Shown piece by piece: positions 45,131-55,474 of a DNA stretch of 64,000 nucleotides. Every line of letters starts with the position of its first letter. The stretch's first letter is position 1. Origin of the DNA: an uncultured Gammaproteobacteria bacterium (GTDB lineage: Bacteria > Patescibacteriota > Patescibacteriia > Patescibacteriales > UBA12465); assembly GCA_964509735.1 (NCBI GenBank), contig CAZDYJ010000002.1, forward strand, positions 481 through 64,480. The letters are read 5' to 3'. The notes under the pieces are model-generated. The model saw nothing but the letters and a program-made list of their open reading frames with translations. It ran no database searches and was not told the DNA's origin. Made by a program: the position numbers and the translations under genes.

Positions 45131-45158
45131 AAAAGCCCGCTTTTAAAACGGGCTTTTA
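45131..45158 (-). terminator. Rho-independent terminator downstream of the radical-SAM-like gene
   Basis: aaagcccg-cttttaaaa-cgggcttt hairpin; T-run on the minus strand. Confidence 0.5.
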
Positions 45159-45169
45159 GCTAAACAAAA

Positions 45170-46141
45170 TTAAATAAATTCTTTAAAAAATTCTTCCTGA
45201 CAAGAACATTTTATATTATTCAAAAATATTCTTGTTTGTCTAAACTTTTCAACGATTTCATAAGATTCCCGCGAACAAAGGTCGCAGTTTTTAGCAATAG
45301 CAATTGGTGGAGGTTCATCGCTGAAACCACCAACTGACAATGGCCAAGAGTTTTTAAGCACCTCTTCGATTATAAGCATAACTGTCCACAAATAAGGCGG
45401 TCTAAACTGTCCAGATAAATAATCTTTTTCCAGTTCCGTTCCTTCTTGGACAAAGGCGCTTGATAAGAAAATTTCTGAAACACCTTTAGACAAAACATAG
45501 TTTATGCTTTTTAAAACATCGAAATAAGCTTCTTTTTCAGATAAATTTTTCGGTTTTAAAAAAATATAAACGGCTGATTTTATCTCAAAATGAGAAAGTA
45601 ATAATAATGTCTTTTCAAAAACATCTTTTGATAAAGATTTTTTTATTACTTTATTGCGAATAAAATCATCTTGACTTTCAAGTCCGATAGCAACAAACAC
45701 CTTTAAATTAAAGGAGTTATTTTTAATCATTTCTAACTTTTCTTCATTTATATATTCACAGCGTGACTCTACAAGTAAAGTTTTTATCTCACTTATACCG
45801 TTTAAACGCTTGAGAACATATTCTTGAAATCTTAATGGTATTTCTTTATTATTTAAAAAGCTACCACCATTAAAAATAAACACTTCGCTAACTCCTTTTT
45901 TTAGAGCGTCTTTTAAAGAGCTATCAAAAAGAAACTTAAACAAGAAAAAGGGATAAAGAATTCCTAAGCTATATTTTTTTGTAGCTTTATGAAATCCACA
46001 CATAGCGCATCCGCCACTTTTTTTCTGATATTCGCAACCAGAGCCTGGCAAAGACAAGATTAAGCGTTTAATTGTTTTTCCTTGTGACAAAGAAAAAACA
46101 GTTCTAATTTCATAAAAATCAATTTTTGACACCAAACTCAT
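45170..46141 (-). CDS. Radical-SAM-like TIM-barrel protein with a non-canonical CX8CX2C cluster motif
   Basis: LPGSGCEYQKKSGGCAMCGF, in place of the canonical CX3CX2C. A second Cys cluster near the C-terminus (NCDLCSRE...CSCQEE). No confident family assignment possible from sequence alone. Confidence 0.35.
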   Translation of the reverse strand: MSLVSKIDFYEIRTVFSLSQGKTIKRLILSLPGSGCEYQKKSGGCAMCGFHKATKKYSLGILYPFFLFKFLFDSSLKDALKKGVSEVFIFNGGSFLNNKEIPLRFQEYVLKRLNGISEIKTLLVESRCEYINEEKLEMIKNNSFNLKVFVAIGLESQDDFIRNKVIKKSLSKDVFEKTLLLLSHFEIKSAVYIFLKPKNLSEKEAYFDVLKSINYVLSKGVSEIFLSSAFVQEGTELEKDYLSGQFRPPYLWTVMLIIEEVLKNSWPLSVGGFSDEPPPIAIAKNCDLCSRESYEIVEKFRQTRIFLNNIKCSCQEEFFKEFI

Positions 46142-46142
46142 T

Positions 46143-46865
46143 TCAACCTCCTTTTTTAATTTTCCAAAGCAAGTTAGCTATTATTTTACGTAAAGGCCAG
46201 CCATAAAATGGGTTTTTTAAAAAAATCAAAACTCCATAATTTAAACTAGCTGGGTCAGGGAAATAATTAGGCAAAACCCCTAATATTTCATAACCCTCGC
46301 TTTCATAAACGCTCAACTCATAATCTCTGCGACGACCATTACGCCTCAAATTAATATATTCTTCGGCAGATATTTCAGGATAACGCTTTTTATAAGCAGC
46401 AAACCCTGGCAATCTGGAGCCAATAAATCCCCCCTTTATATTATCTTCGATGGCAATTAATAAACCAAAGAAAATCATTCTATTACCAAGTTTTTTACCG
46501 TTCATAGAATTGTGCACCGAAAGGTTTACGCCATAAATATATTCCCCAGAATATTTGTGACTTTTTTTAATGAAACCATTGTCAGTTATCTCTGACCAAT
46601 TAAACTTTTCATTTTTTAAATCATCAATATATTCTATGGAAACATAGGCTGCTACGCAGCCGTCTATCAAGGCAATAACATTTCCCTTGGGAAAAGTATT
46701 AATCCTTGCCTCGATTTGTTCCTTTGAAGCCGCAGCACCCTCGCCCCAAACTTTTTTTTCCAGCTCAATTATTTGAGAAATATCACTTATCTCCGCGGAA
46801 CGGAAAATAAACCCTCCCCACTTTCGAACCGGAGCACGCCCGAGTTTCTTCTCTTTTTTTCTCAT
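46143..46865 (-). CDS. GNAT-like acetyltransferase-fold protein (hypothetical)
   Basis: Weak GNAT motif A-like IYGVNLSVHNSMNGKKLGNRMI; 1-bp spacing from the upstream radical-SAM-like gene suggests translational coupling. Confidence 0.3.
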   Translation of the reverse strand: MRKKEKKLGRAPVRKWGGFIFRSAEISDISQIIELEKKVWGEGAAASKEQIEARINTFPKGNVIALIDGCVAAYVSIEYIDDLKNEKFNWSEITDNGFIKKSHKYSGEYIYGVNLSVHNSMNGKKLGNRMIFFGLLIAIEDNIKGGFIGSRLPGFAAYKKRYPEISAEEYINLRRNGRRRDYELSVYESEGYEILGVLPNYFPDPASLNYGVLIFLKNPFYGWPLRKIIANLLWKIKKGG

Positions 46866-46897
46866 CTTTTTATTTTTTTAATTGTTAAAGAACTAAT

Positions 46898-46936
46898 TTA
46901 TTTCTATCTTTCTATTTTCATTTCTATCTTTCTATT
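46898..46936. repeat. Direct 19-bp repeat (atttctatctttctatttt x2) overlapping the ruvB stop
   Basis: Seen directly: tattttcatttctatctttctattttaatt. Confidence 0.4.
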
Positions 46937-47931
46937 TTAATTTTTAAGTGCTTAAATCCTTCTTCCGTTAAAATTCTGCCTCGTGGCGATCTATCTAAAA
47001 ATCCTAACTGCATTAAATATGGTTCGTAAACATTTAAAATGGTATCGAGCTCTTCACCACTAGCAGCTGCTAAAGTGTTTAAACCAACTGGACCACCTTT
47101 AAATTTATTAGCAATTATTTGCATAATATGACGATCAACTGCATCAAGTCCGATGGCATCAATTTCAAGCATGGAAAAAGCTTCTAAGCAAATTTGCTTA
47201 TTAATTTTACCATCTCCTTTAACCTCGCAATAATCTCGCACTCTCTTTAATAATCTGTTAGCCACTCGAGGTGTTTTGCGACTACGTTCGGAAATGGCTC
47301 TAGCTGATTCGCTATCAATTTCCACTTTAAGTATTTTAGCGCTCCTTAAAACTATTTTTTCTAAATCATCATTTTCGTAAAAATTTAAATGATGCATTAT
47401 GCCAAAACGATCTCTTAAAGGGGCTGATAATAAACTTGCTAAAGTTGTGGCACCAATAATCGTAAAGTGAGGCAAGTCGAGTCTTAAGGTTCTAGCAGTA
47501 GGGCCTTTGCCCATCACAATATCTAAAGCAAAATCTTCCATGGCTGGATAAAGTATTTCCTCAACTGTCTTGTTTAAACGATGAATTTCATCAATAAATA
47601 AAATATCCCCTTCTTCTAAATTACTTAAAATAGCAGCTAAATCACCGCTTTTTTCAATCGCTGGCCCAGAAGTAACTCTAATATTAGCCCCTATTTCATT
47701 GGCTATAACATGGGCTAAAGTAGTCTTCCCTAAACCCGGAGCGCCATAAAGTAAAACATGCTCAATCGATTCCTTTCTTTTTTTAGCCGCTTCAATACTA
47801 ATAGCTAAATTCTTTTTAACTCTTTCCTGTCCGACGTATTCTGTAAGACGTTTAGGCCTTAGAGAAACATCAAAAACCTCATCGTCATCATTTTCAACCG
47901 GACTAATTATTCTTTCCTTATCATTTATCAT
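46924..47931 (-). CDS. ruvB: Holliday junction branch-migration helicase RuvB
   Basis: [19 protein letters not shown]...[14 protein letters not shown], Walker [11 protein letters not shown], sensor and winged-helix regions. No ruvA adjacent. Confidence 0.9.
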   Translation of the reverse strand: MINDKERIISPVENDDDEVFDVSLRPKRLTEYVGQERVKKNLAISIEAAKKRKESIEHVLLYGAPGLGKTTLAHVIANEIGANIRVTSGPAIEKSGDLAAILSNLEEGDILFIDEIHRLNKTVEEILYPAMEDFALDIVMGKGPTARTLRLDLPHFTIIGATTLASLLSAPLRDRFGIMHHLNFYENDDLEKIVLRSAKILKVEIDSESARAISERSRKTPRVANRLLKRVRDYCEVKGDGKINKQICLEAFSMLEIDAIGLDAVDRHIMQIIANKFKGGPVGLNTLAAASGEELDTILNVYEPYLMQLGFLDRSPRGRILTEEGFKHLKIKIER

Positions 47932-47940
47932 ATTAATAGA

Positions 47941-50901
47941 TTAATTTTCTCTAAACTCACAAATTGAATTAAAGTCACAAAAAGCACAAAGTGGTGATGG
48001 TTTAGCTATAAAAAGACCTTTTTTTATTTCCGAAATTTCTTTAATAATTTCTTCTTTTAGCTTATCGATTTCTTTGTCCTTAGCTTGAAAAGAAATTTTT
48101 TCTCCGTTCTCTAAAAAATAATAACTAAGCTTGGAAACTTTTTCTTGCAAAAACTCCTCTAAAAAAAGTTGATATAAAATTAACTGTTTCTTATCTTTAA
48201 ACTCTATTTTGTCCTTTGGATTGCCTGTTTTATAGTCAATAACTTCCAAGCTTCCATCCTCTAAACGATCAACTCTATCAATAGCGCCTTTAATAATATC
48301 ACCTTTGATTTTAAACGAAAATCTTTTTTCTAAGAAAAGAATTTCTGGATTATTTGATTCATTATAATTGATAAAAAACTTTTCTAAAGCTTCTTGTCCT
48401 TTTTTTCTATAAGAAGCTCTTTCGTCCTTACTTTTATAGCCATCGTTTTGCCAAAACTCATCATATAAATCCATTAGTCTTTTTTGGCTAAAAATTTCAG
48501 TTGCTTCTTTTTTAGGAATAGGAAAAAGCTCTCCCTGGGCTCGTCTTTTCTCGCTTAAGGCAGGTAAAAGATAATTATACAAAACATTATGCATGACTCG
48601 ACCAAAAATCAAAGACGCTTTATCAGAAGAAGCAGGAATTTTTAATATAAAAGCAAATTTATACTGCAGGGGACAATTACTAAAAGCAGCTAATTGAGAA
48701 AAAGAAAATTTATCAGGTAAAGGATATTTAAAATCTTCTCTTGGTAAATCTAAGTTACCTAAATCTCGAGAATTATGAAAATGTAAATCTCTTAAAAACT
48801 CATTCTTTTCACTTAAAGCTATTTCTGGTTCAATAATATTTTTTAAACCCAGTTCGTTTATAAAGCGTGATGGTTTTTTTTCTCTAGCTCCACCATAATC
48901 TTTAGCGCCGGTAATAAATAGCTTATCTTTAGCTCTCGTAACAGCAACATAAAACAATCTTCTCTCTTCCTCAAGGTGAAAATCTCCACCTTCAGCTATT
49001 TTTTCTTTTACCAAATCATCAGGGATTGATATTTTTTCTCCTCTATTTATAGTAGGAAATTTTTTATCAACTAAATTTACTATAAAAACATATTTAAACT
49101 CCAAACCCTTGGAGCCATGGACGGTCATAATTTTTACACAATCATTATCAGCAAAATCAAGCTTTAGGGATCCGCTTTCTCCGGCTTCTAACTCTAAGTT
49201 AATAGCTAATAAAAAATCTTTTAATTTCAAATCAGCTTCACTTTCTTCTAATTTTTTTATTTTTTGATAAAACTGATTAAGATAAGAAAAAATTTCTAAA
49301 TCTTTATCAAAATCATAACTCTTAAGCAGTCCTGAATCATAAGCAAAACGTAAAAATATTCGACTGGGACTAGAAGATGAGACTAGGGCGGAATGCTCTT
49401 TTATAAGTTTCAATAAATTTTCAATATTCTTAACACTCTCACCACTTAAATCAGGAATTTTTTGATAATTCTCTAAAGCTTCGTATAAGGACCAAGCTTT
49501 ACGAGCAGCTATTTTATTAATAGTTATTAAATCGAGATGAGAAACCCTAAAAGTTTCCATGTTTAAAACTCTAAATAAAGCCGCTGATTCGTGATAATTA
49601 TCTAAAAGACGGAAATAAGCTAAAACATCTAAAATAATCGGTTTATAATAAAGACCGCGCCAAGACATGAACTGATTTGGTACTGATTGTCTGTTTAATT
49701 CTTTTACATAAGTCTCGGCAGTATCATTGGCTCTTACTAAAATAGCAAAGTCAGAATAAGAAACATTTCCCTCGCCTTCTAAAAAAAGTTGTTTTATTTT
49801 TTCAGAAACAAAAGAAAGTTCTTCTTCTTGATTTTTAAAATTATAAAAATTAATGGCTTCGACTGAAGGTTTTTTAAAATCCTTATTTAAAGCAGTAAGT
49901 CTTTTATTTATTTTAAGTTTATATTCTAAAGTATTAGGATTATTATATTGAATAAGTTCATAAGCTCTATCAAGAATTTCCTGGCGAGAACGGTAATTTT
50001 CGTTTAAAACAATTTCTTTAGCTTTAGGAAAGTCGTCTTTAAACTGTAAAATATTAGATAAACTGGCTCCGCGGAATTTATAAATAGCCTGATTATCATC
50101 GCCGACAACTGTTAAATTATTTTTTGGCTCAGTTAACAATTTAACTAATTCATATTGTGCTAAATTAGTATCCTGAAATTCATCAACCATGACATAAGAA
50201 AATTTATTTCGATAATACTTTAAAATATTTGGTCTTTCTTTTAAAAGCTTTAAAAGATAAACAATTAAATCACCAAAATCCAAAAAGTTATTTTCTAAAA
50301 GTAAACTATTATAAGTTTTAAAAGCTTTAGCAAGTTCTTCAATTCTATTTATTTCTTGCTCATCTATATCCTCGTTTTTGTCTTTTTTAATTTTATCAAC
50401 ATAATCAAGATATTCTGAGACAGAAATATTTTCGTCTTTCAGCCTCGAAAAATGTCTAATAAGCTCGGAAATAAACTTGCTAGGATTACCAAGTGGACGA
50501 TAGTAGTCAAGATCAAAAAAATCAAGATTTTTCTTAATTAAAACCCATTGCTCTGTTTGAGTTAAAAGTTTGAAAGAAGGATTAAGGCCTATTTCCAGTC
50601 CATAATCACGCAATATTTTTTCTCCAAAACTATGAAAGGTGCTTATCCAGTTATCAACATAGCCATAAGGCAGTATCGTATCCGCTCTTTCCTCTAATTC
50701 ACTGGCCGCCTTTTCAGTAAAAGTTAAAAGTAAAATAGATTCTGAAGAAATATTTTTTTCTAAAATTAAATAAGCTAACCTATTAATTAAAACTGTTGTT
50801 TTTCCAGTGCCTGCTCCAGCCACAATTAAAAGCGGCCCCTTGTCATGACAGACAGCGTTTTTTTGTTCTTTATTTAATTTTTTTAAAAAATCTACTGACA
50901 T
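47941..50901 (-). CDS. UvrD/PcrA-family helicase fused to a C-terminal Cas4/AddB-like PD-(D/E)XK nuclease domain with Fe-S cysteines
   Basis: Walker A AGAGTGKTTVL; motif II VMVDEFQDTN. C-terminal nuclease core DRVDRLEDGSLEVIDYKTG with Cys ligands SNCP ... CAFCDFNSIC. Confidence 0.75.
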   Translation of the reverse strand: MSVDFLKKLNKEQKNAVCHDKGPLLIVAGAGTGKTTVLINRLAYLILEKNISSESILLLTFTEKAASELEERADTILPYGYVDNWISTFHSFGEKILRDYGLEIGLNPSFKLLTQTEQWVLIKKNLDFFDLDYYRPLGNPSKFISELIRHFSRLKDENISVSEYLDYVDKIKKDKNEDIDEQEINRIEELAKAFKTYNSLLLENNFLDFGDLIVYLLKLLKERPNILKYYRNKFSYVMVDEFQDTNLAQYELVKLLTEPKNNLTVVGDDNQAIYKFRGASLSNILQFKDDFPKAKEIVLNENYRSRQEILDRAYELIQYNNPNTLEYKLKINKRLTALNKDFKKPSVEAINFYNFKNQEEELSFVSEKIKQLFLEGEGNVSYSDFAILVRANDTAETYVKELNRQSVPNQFMSWRGLYYKPIILDVLAYFRLLDNYHESAALFRVLNMETFRVSHLDLITINKIAARKAWSLYEALENYQKIPDLSGESVKNIENLLKLIKEHSALVSSSSPSRIFLRFAYDSGLLKSYDFDKDLEIFSYLNQFYQKIKKLEESEADLKLKDFLLAINLELEAGESGSLKLDFADNDCVKIMTVHGSKGLEFKYVFIVNLVDKKFPTINRGEKISIPDDLVKEKIAEGGDFHLEEERRLFYVAVTRAKDKLFITGAKDYGGAREKKPSRFINELGLKNIIEPEIALSEKNEFLRDLHFHNSRDLGNLDLPREDFKYPLPDKFSFSQLAAFSNCPLQYKFAFILKIPASSDKASLIFGRVMHNVLYNYLLPALSEKRRAQGELFPIPKKEATEIFSQKRLMDLYDEFWQNDGYKSKDERASYRKKGQEALEKFFINYNESNNPEILFLEKRFSFKIKGDIIKGAIDRVDRLEDGSLEVIDYKTGNPKDKIEFKDKKQLILYQLFLEEFLQEKVSKLSYYFLENGEKISFQAKDKEIDKLKEEIIKEISEIKKGLFIAKPSPLCAFCDFNSICEFREN

Positions 50902-50909
50902 GTTTAAAA

Positions 50910-52175
50910 TTAAAATTTTAAAATTTTTCTAAAATTATCTTCTTTTACTTTGCCAATTAAAGCTAAATTAAGAGCTTCATTAACAAATATTTTGGATGCT
51001 AAACGTTTTAAATCAACAGCTTTTATTTTATCGATTTCGGCTAAAAATTCTTTTGGACTAGTTAATTTTTCCTTAAAAATTGCCTGATGCCCATACCAGT
51101 TAGCAACATCGTCACTTGCTTCAAGTCTTAAGGCTAAGCGTCCGCGAAAAATATCTTTAGCTTTTTTAAGCTCCTCCTCTGAAACTAGATCTTCTCCAAG
51201 ATTTTTATATTCTTGTAAAATTATTGAAATAGCCTCGCTTACCTTATCTATTGGAACGCCAGCTTGAGTAGTTAAATAACCAGAATCACTATGAAATTCT
51301 GTTAAAGTTTTTACATAATAAGCTAAACCGCTTCTTTCTCTTAATTTAATAAATAAACGAGAGCTCATAGCCCCGCCTAAAATAATAGATAAAAGTTTTG
51401 TTTTTATCTCTAAAGGATGACCTGAGGGAAAAGTTCTTACCCCTAAAGATAGAGCTACTTGATCAACGTTTTTATAAACTGCTTTAATAGCTGGTTTTTT
51501 TTGATTTTCTACAACTTTTTCTTTATTTTTCCAGGAATTATTTTTAAACTTAAGCAATATACTCTCTGCTAATTTAATATCGCTATCGCTAAATTTTCCA
51601 GCTAAAACTAAAGACAAACTATTTAAACCATACTGGCTTTCAAAATAATTAATAAAATCTTCTCTTTTGAAAGATTTAATAGTTTCTTTTGTTCCAATAG
51701 TGTCCCAGCCAGCTGGCGTATCGCCATATAAACAACTTTCAAACACATCTTCAACATGCATCAAAGGATTATCTTCATACATATTTAACTCTTCAATAAT
51801 AACCCCTTTTTCTCTTTCAATTTCTTCTTCGCTAAAAATAGAATTAAGCAACATGTCGCCTAAAATCTTAAAAGCTGATTTAAACTTTAAGGAAGAAACT
51901 TTAACGTAGTAACCGGTATATTCTTTAGATGTAAAAGCGTTAAATTCACTACCTAGAGAATCGAGTTCTCCAGAGATAGTAGCTGTGTCTGGTCTATTTT
52001 TAGTCCCTTTAAAGAACATGTGTTCTAAAAAGTGAGAAATTCCGCTATTTTTTCTATTTTCATATCTAGAACCAGTTTTAAACATGAAAAGAATAGTGGC
52101 TGTTTTTGTTTCAGGCATTAAAATGGTATATAAAGGTGTTTTTTGGGAAATTTTTTTAATTTTATATTTATTCAT
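50910..52175 (-). CDS. M16-family zinc metallopeptidase (pitrilysin/insulinase-like)
   Basis: Inverted zincin motif HFLEH plus a downstream Glu; two-domain M16 architecture. Confidence 0.75.
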   Translation of the reverse strand: MNKYKIKKISQKTPLYTILMPETKTATILFMFKTGSRYENRKNSGISHFLEHMFFKGTKNRPDTATISGELDSLGSEFNAFTSKEYTGYYVKVSSLKFKSAFKILGDMLLNSIFSEEEIEREKGVIIEELNMYEDNPLMHVEDVFESCLYGDTPAGWDTIGTKETIKSFKREDFINYFESQYGLNSLSLVLAGKFSDSDIKLAESILLKFKNNSWKNKEKVVENQKKPAIKAVYKNVDQVALSLGVRTFPSGHPLEIKTKLLSIILGGAMSSRLFIKLRERSGLAYYVKTLTEFHSDSGYLTTQAGVPIDKVSEAISIILQEYKNLGEDLVSEEELKKAKDIFRGRLALRLEASDDVANWYGHQAIFKEKLTSPKEFLAEIDKIKAVDLKRLASKIFVNEALNLALIGKVKEDNFRKILKF

Positions 52176-52315
52176 AATATTGCTTAAATTTAATAATAAA
52201 ACCTGTTTTATTAAATATTAATAAAACTCTTTTTTTAATTTATCATAAATATGCTATAATTGAAAGCAAGAACAATAATTAATTCTATTTTTAAGCAAGT
52301 CTTAAAAGAAAAAAT

Positions 52316-53050
52316 ATGGCTTATAAAATAAAGGATAATAATATAATCCTAACTGACAATAAAATAATTGGTCGTGAAAAAAAATACGAAATAACTAGGG
52401 TCAAAGATTTGCCCGAAGAAGAGAAGCCTCGAGAAAAACTTCTAAAAGAAGGAGTAACTTCTTTAAGCTCGACTGAATTATTAGCCCTTATTTTAGGCGT
52501 AGGCACAAAAAAGGAGGAAGTTTTCTCTATGTCGAGTAGGATTTTAAGAGAATATGGAGAAAAAGGCATAGCTTATCAAAAAGACCCAAAAATAATAGAA
52601 AAAGATCTAAATGTGCCAATTGCTAAAGCCTGCCAATTGGTCGCTTGTTTTGAATTAGGTCGTCGTTTCTATCAAAAAAAGCCTGGAGCAAATATTAGCA
52701 TAAGAACTGCTAAACAAGCCTTTGAGCACTTAAAAGACATGGGCAAGTTAAACAAAGAACAATTTCGCGGTTTATACCTTAATACTCATTATCAACTGGT
52801 TCATGATGAAATAATTTCTATTGGCACACTTGACTCCTCTTTAGTTGCTCCTCGAGAAGTTTTTAGACCGGCTTTAGAATATTCAGCCGCAGCTATTATA
52901 ATTGCCCATAATCATCCATCTGGAGTTTTAAAAGCTACCAAAGCCGACGTAGAAGCAACAGAAAAATTAATTGAAGCAGGAAAAATATTGGGCATAGAGG
53001 TTTTAGATCACCTCTTAATTGGTCAGGATAAATTTATCAGTCTTATTTAA
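52316..53050 (+). CDS. radC: RadC-like JAB/MPN-domain protein
   Basis: N-terminal HhH-like LSSTELLALILGVG; JAMM motif AHNHPSG; conserved SxxD downstream (TKADVEAT). Confidence 0.75.
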   Translation: MAYKIKDNNIILTDNKIIGREKKYEITRVKDLPEEEKPREKLLKEGVTSLSSTELLALILGVGTKKEEVFSMSSRILREYGEKGIAYQKDPKIIEKDLNVPIAKACQLVACFELGRRFYQKKPGANISIRTAKQAFEHLKDMGKLNKEQFRGLYLNTHYQLVHDEIISIGTLDSSLVAPREVFRPALEYSAAAIIIAHNHPSGVLKATKADVEATEKLIEAGKILGIEVLDHLLIGQDKFISLI

Positions 53051-53056
53051 AAATTT

Positions 53057-53323
53057 GTGGCAATAAAAAAATACAAAATTAATAAAAAAACCCCACTACT
53101 TATAAAAGATGAGGCGAGTGTTATATTTCACGTGAAAAAAAAGGATTATTTTGGAACAATGGCGACGATATTAAGCTTAATCAAAGAAAGCCTAAAAAAA
53201 GACAATTATAAAAATATTTCTGAAATAGAAAAAACTCTTAAAAATTTGGAAAGGGATTTAGTTTTTTTACAAGAAAATTTTGAAATCAATAAAAAGCTAA
53301 ATAAGACCAAGGACAAAAAATAA
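53057..53323 (+). CDS. Small Lys-rich hypothetical protein (88 aa)
   Basis: ORF only; no motif recognised; overlaps the convergent O-antigen-ligase gene by 27 nt. Confidence 0.25.
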   Translation: MAIKKYKINKKTPLLIKDEASVIFHVKKKDYFGTMATILSLIKESLKKDNYKNISEIEKTLKNLERDLVFLQENFEINKKLNKTKDKK

Positions 53324-54607
53324 AAATATAAAACCAAATGGCAAGCTAATTATCCAATGATCAAAAAACATTATAAAAAACAGAGCAAGTATTAGTGGCC
53401 AAAAAAATTCTGAGCGCTCACTACTTCTAGCCAAGGGGATTAAAATCATAACTGAAAAAACTAAAACAAATATACCACCCTCCGCCCAAATTAATAAAAA
53501 AGAATTATGAACCGGTTGGTATTCCCAATCGGCTTTTTTTATTCCATTATTTCTTTCTTCATTTTTAAAATAGGAAATATAATTTCCCAAACCAGCCCCA
53601 AACAACCAATTATCTTTAAGAACTACACGAGCTTCATCTATTTGAGTTTGTCTTTCAATTAATGATTTTTCCTCCAACCTACCTTTAGCCGTTAGTCTTC
53701 CTGAAAAAATATCTTGAAAAGAAAAAAATATAACCGAAGATAATATTAATGAAAAAATAGATAAAATAAGCAATCTACTTAAAGCACTTTTATTTTTCTT
53801 AAAAATTATTGTAAAAAATAGAGCGACTAAAGAAACTCCGAAGGCCAGCCAGGCTGAACGGGAAAAAGTAAAAATCAAAGCCAGTAATCCGGAAAAATAA
53901 AAAATAAAAAGAAAAATTGATTCAAAAATTTCAAAACGAGTATTAATTATTTTTTTTCTTATTAAAAAATATAGGGATAAAATTAAAGCAATTGCTAAAA
54001 TACCACCAAAAATATTAGGATGGTCAAAGCCACCATAAGCTCTTAGCCAGCGCCCAGAAAATGTTTCAACAACTGAAGATCCTAAAACCTCGGCATTATG
54101 CTCAGCTAAACCTAGATATTTAAAAGCAAAAGTTTTTTGAGTTAAAAACTGATAAAGTCCTAGACAAACATGTAAAAAAATAGATGATAAAAAAATTATC
54201 ACTGTCTTGCTTTTAGAAATTATGGATTCTTTATAAGGCTGGGGTTTAAAAGATTCTTTTAAAAAATAAAGCAGGGCAACTCCAAAAAGAAAAATAATAA
54301 ATCGATAAAAGCTCAAGCTCTTATCAAGGGCAAAAAAGAAAGAAAGAAAAGAAAAGAGTCCAACACCGGAAATAAGTAGCCATAAAAATGGAACACGGTC
54401 ATTGCCTTCATTTTTTCTTATTTTATAAAACAAAAAAGACATCACTAAAACAAAAAGGGGTAAATGGCAAAGATAAAGACTTATTTCATTAAAATTATCA
54501 ACAGCCGGTCTTAAAATATATTTTATTTGCCAGGGAAGCAAAAAGACAAATAAATAAAAAGAGTAACCTATTATTTTATAAAACAATTGCTCGGATTTTT
54601 TCTTCAT
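53297..54607 (-). CDS. O-antigen ligase (Wzy_C)-family polytopic membrane protein
   Basis: At least 10 TM helices, a Wzy_C-like core (FSRSAWLAFGVSLVALF) and a periplasmic loop between late helices. Confidence 0.5.
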   Translation of the reverse strand: MKKKSEQLFYKIIGYSFYLFVFLLPWQIKYILRPAVDNFNEISLYLCHLPLFVLVMSFLFYKIRKNEGNDRVPFLWLLISGVGLFSFLSFFFALDKSLSFYRFIIFLFGVALLYFLKESFKPQPYKESIISKSKTVIIFLSSIFLHVCLGLYQFLTQKTFAFKYLGLAEHNAEVLGSSVVETFSGRWLRAYGGFDHPNIFGGILAIALILSLYFLIRKKIINTRFEIFESIFLFIFYFSGLLALIFTFSRSAWLAFGVSLVALFFTIIFKKNKSALSRLLILSIFSLILSSVIFFSFQDIFSGRLTAKGRLEEKSLIERQTQIDEARVVLKDNWLFGAGLGNYISYFKNEERNNGIKKADWEYQPVHNSFLLIWAEGGIFVLVFSVMILIPLARSSERSEFFWPLILALFFIMFFDHWIISLPFGFIFLFFVLGLI

Positions 54608-55463
54608 ATTTTTTTCTAATTTCTATTCTCTTATCACTAAGATAAAATTTTAATATATCGTCTCTTATTACTACACCATCTCTAAAATTATTACCTAAAG
54701 CCGCCTTCTTTAGTTCGGGGGGCATAATTTTCTTTTGCCAATTAGCTAAAAAGCTGTCTAAAAGATTTAATAATTTACTTTTTTTGTTTTTAAACAGGTT
54801 TGATGTGTTAGGCTTATTTAATTTTTCGCTAATATTATCTCTATCGAATATAATTTCTAAGCCTCTTTCCCAAAAATCAAAATAAGGGTCGCCTTCGGGT
54901 AGTTTTAATATTTCAAAATTTAAATTATTTTCACTTAAATAAAAACTTAAACAAATTTTATCTCTTTTATTTTTTTTATTAGGACGGCTATTTAGAATTT
55001 TAGCCAATCCAGTGCAAAAAAATCTACTTATCCACAATCTATTTGACGAAGAAACTATAAAAAAATCTATATCTCCGCCATCTTTTAAATTATACGAACC
55101 AATTGAGTTAACCAGGGCAATCATTTTCACAAAAGGCAGGATAGAAAAAAACTTCGCAAATCGACTAGCAATTTTTAATTTTCGCTGAGCATAATTATAA
55201 CGTTTTCTTCTAATTGATAAGATATTTTCTCGACCAAATAAAAAATAAAAACCATTTTTCTCTGAAATTAAATCCTTTTCAGTTAATTGATTTAAAATTT
55301 TCAGCAATTTCGAAAAAGAGATGTTTGTGTATTTTTTTAATTCGAAAAGACAAGGTGGGTAATCAAATAAATCTAAAAAAACTAAAATATTTAAAACAAT
55401 TTTATCGGAGGTGTCTTGAAAAATATCAAGCCTTATATCTTTTTGCGAAATATTTTCTGACAT
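54576..55463 (-). CDS. Hypothetical protein with a possible Pol-beta-type nucleotidyltransferase motif
   Basis: GSYNLKDGGDIDFFIV resembles GS-x(5-9)-DxD of minimal nucleotidyltransferases; the rest is unassigned. It overlaps the downstream ligase gene by 32 nt. Confidence 0.3.
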   Translation of the reverse strand: MSENISQKDIRLDIFQDTSDKIVLNILVFLDLFDYPPCLFELKKYTNISFSKLLKILNQLTEKDLISEKNGFYFLFGRENILSIRRKRYNYAQRKLKIASRFAKFFSILPFVKMIALVNSIGSYNLKDGGDIDFFIVSSSNRLWISRFFCTGLAKILNSRPNKKNKRDKICLSFYLSENNLNFEILKLPEGDPYFDFWERGLEIIFDRDNISEKLNKPNTSNLFKNKKSKLLNLLDSFLANWQKKIMPPELKKAALGNNFRDGVVIRDDILKFYLSDKRIEIRKKYEEKIRAIVL

Positions 55464-55474
55464 TTACTTAAAAA

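Noticed and set aside
53297-55463. Possible CBASS-like module suggested by a nucleotidyltransferase-like motif near membrane proteins
   Set aside because: Only a weak GS...DxD motif. There is no cyclase-type second domain, no effector or Cap genes, and the neighbours are an O-antigen ligase and rmuC. Insufficient evidence for a defence system.
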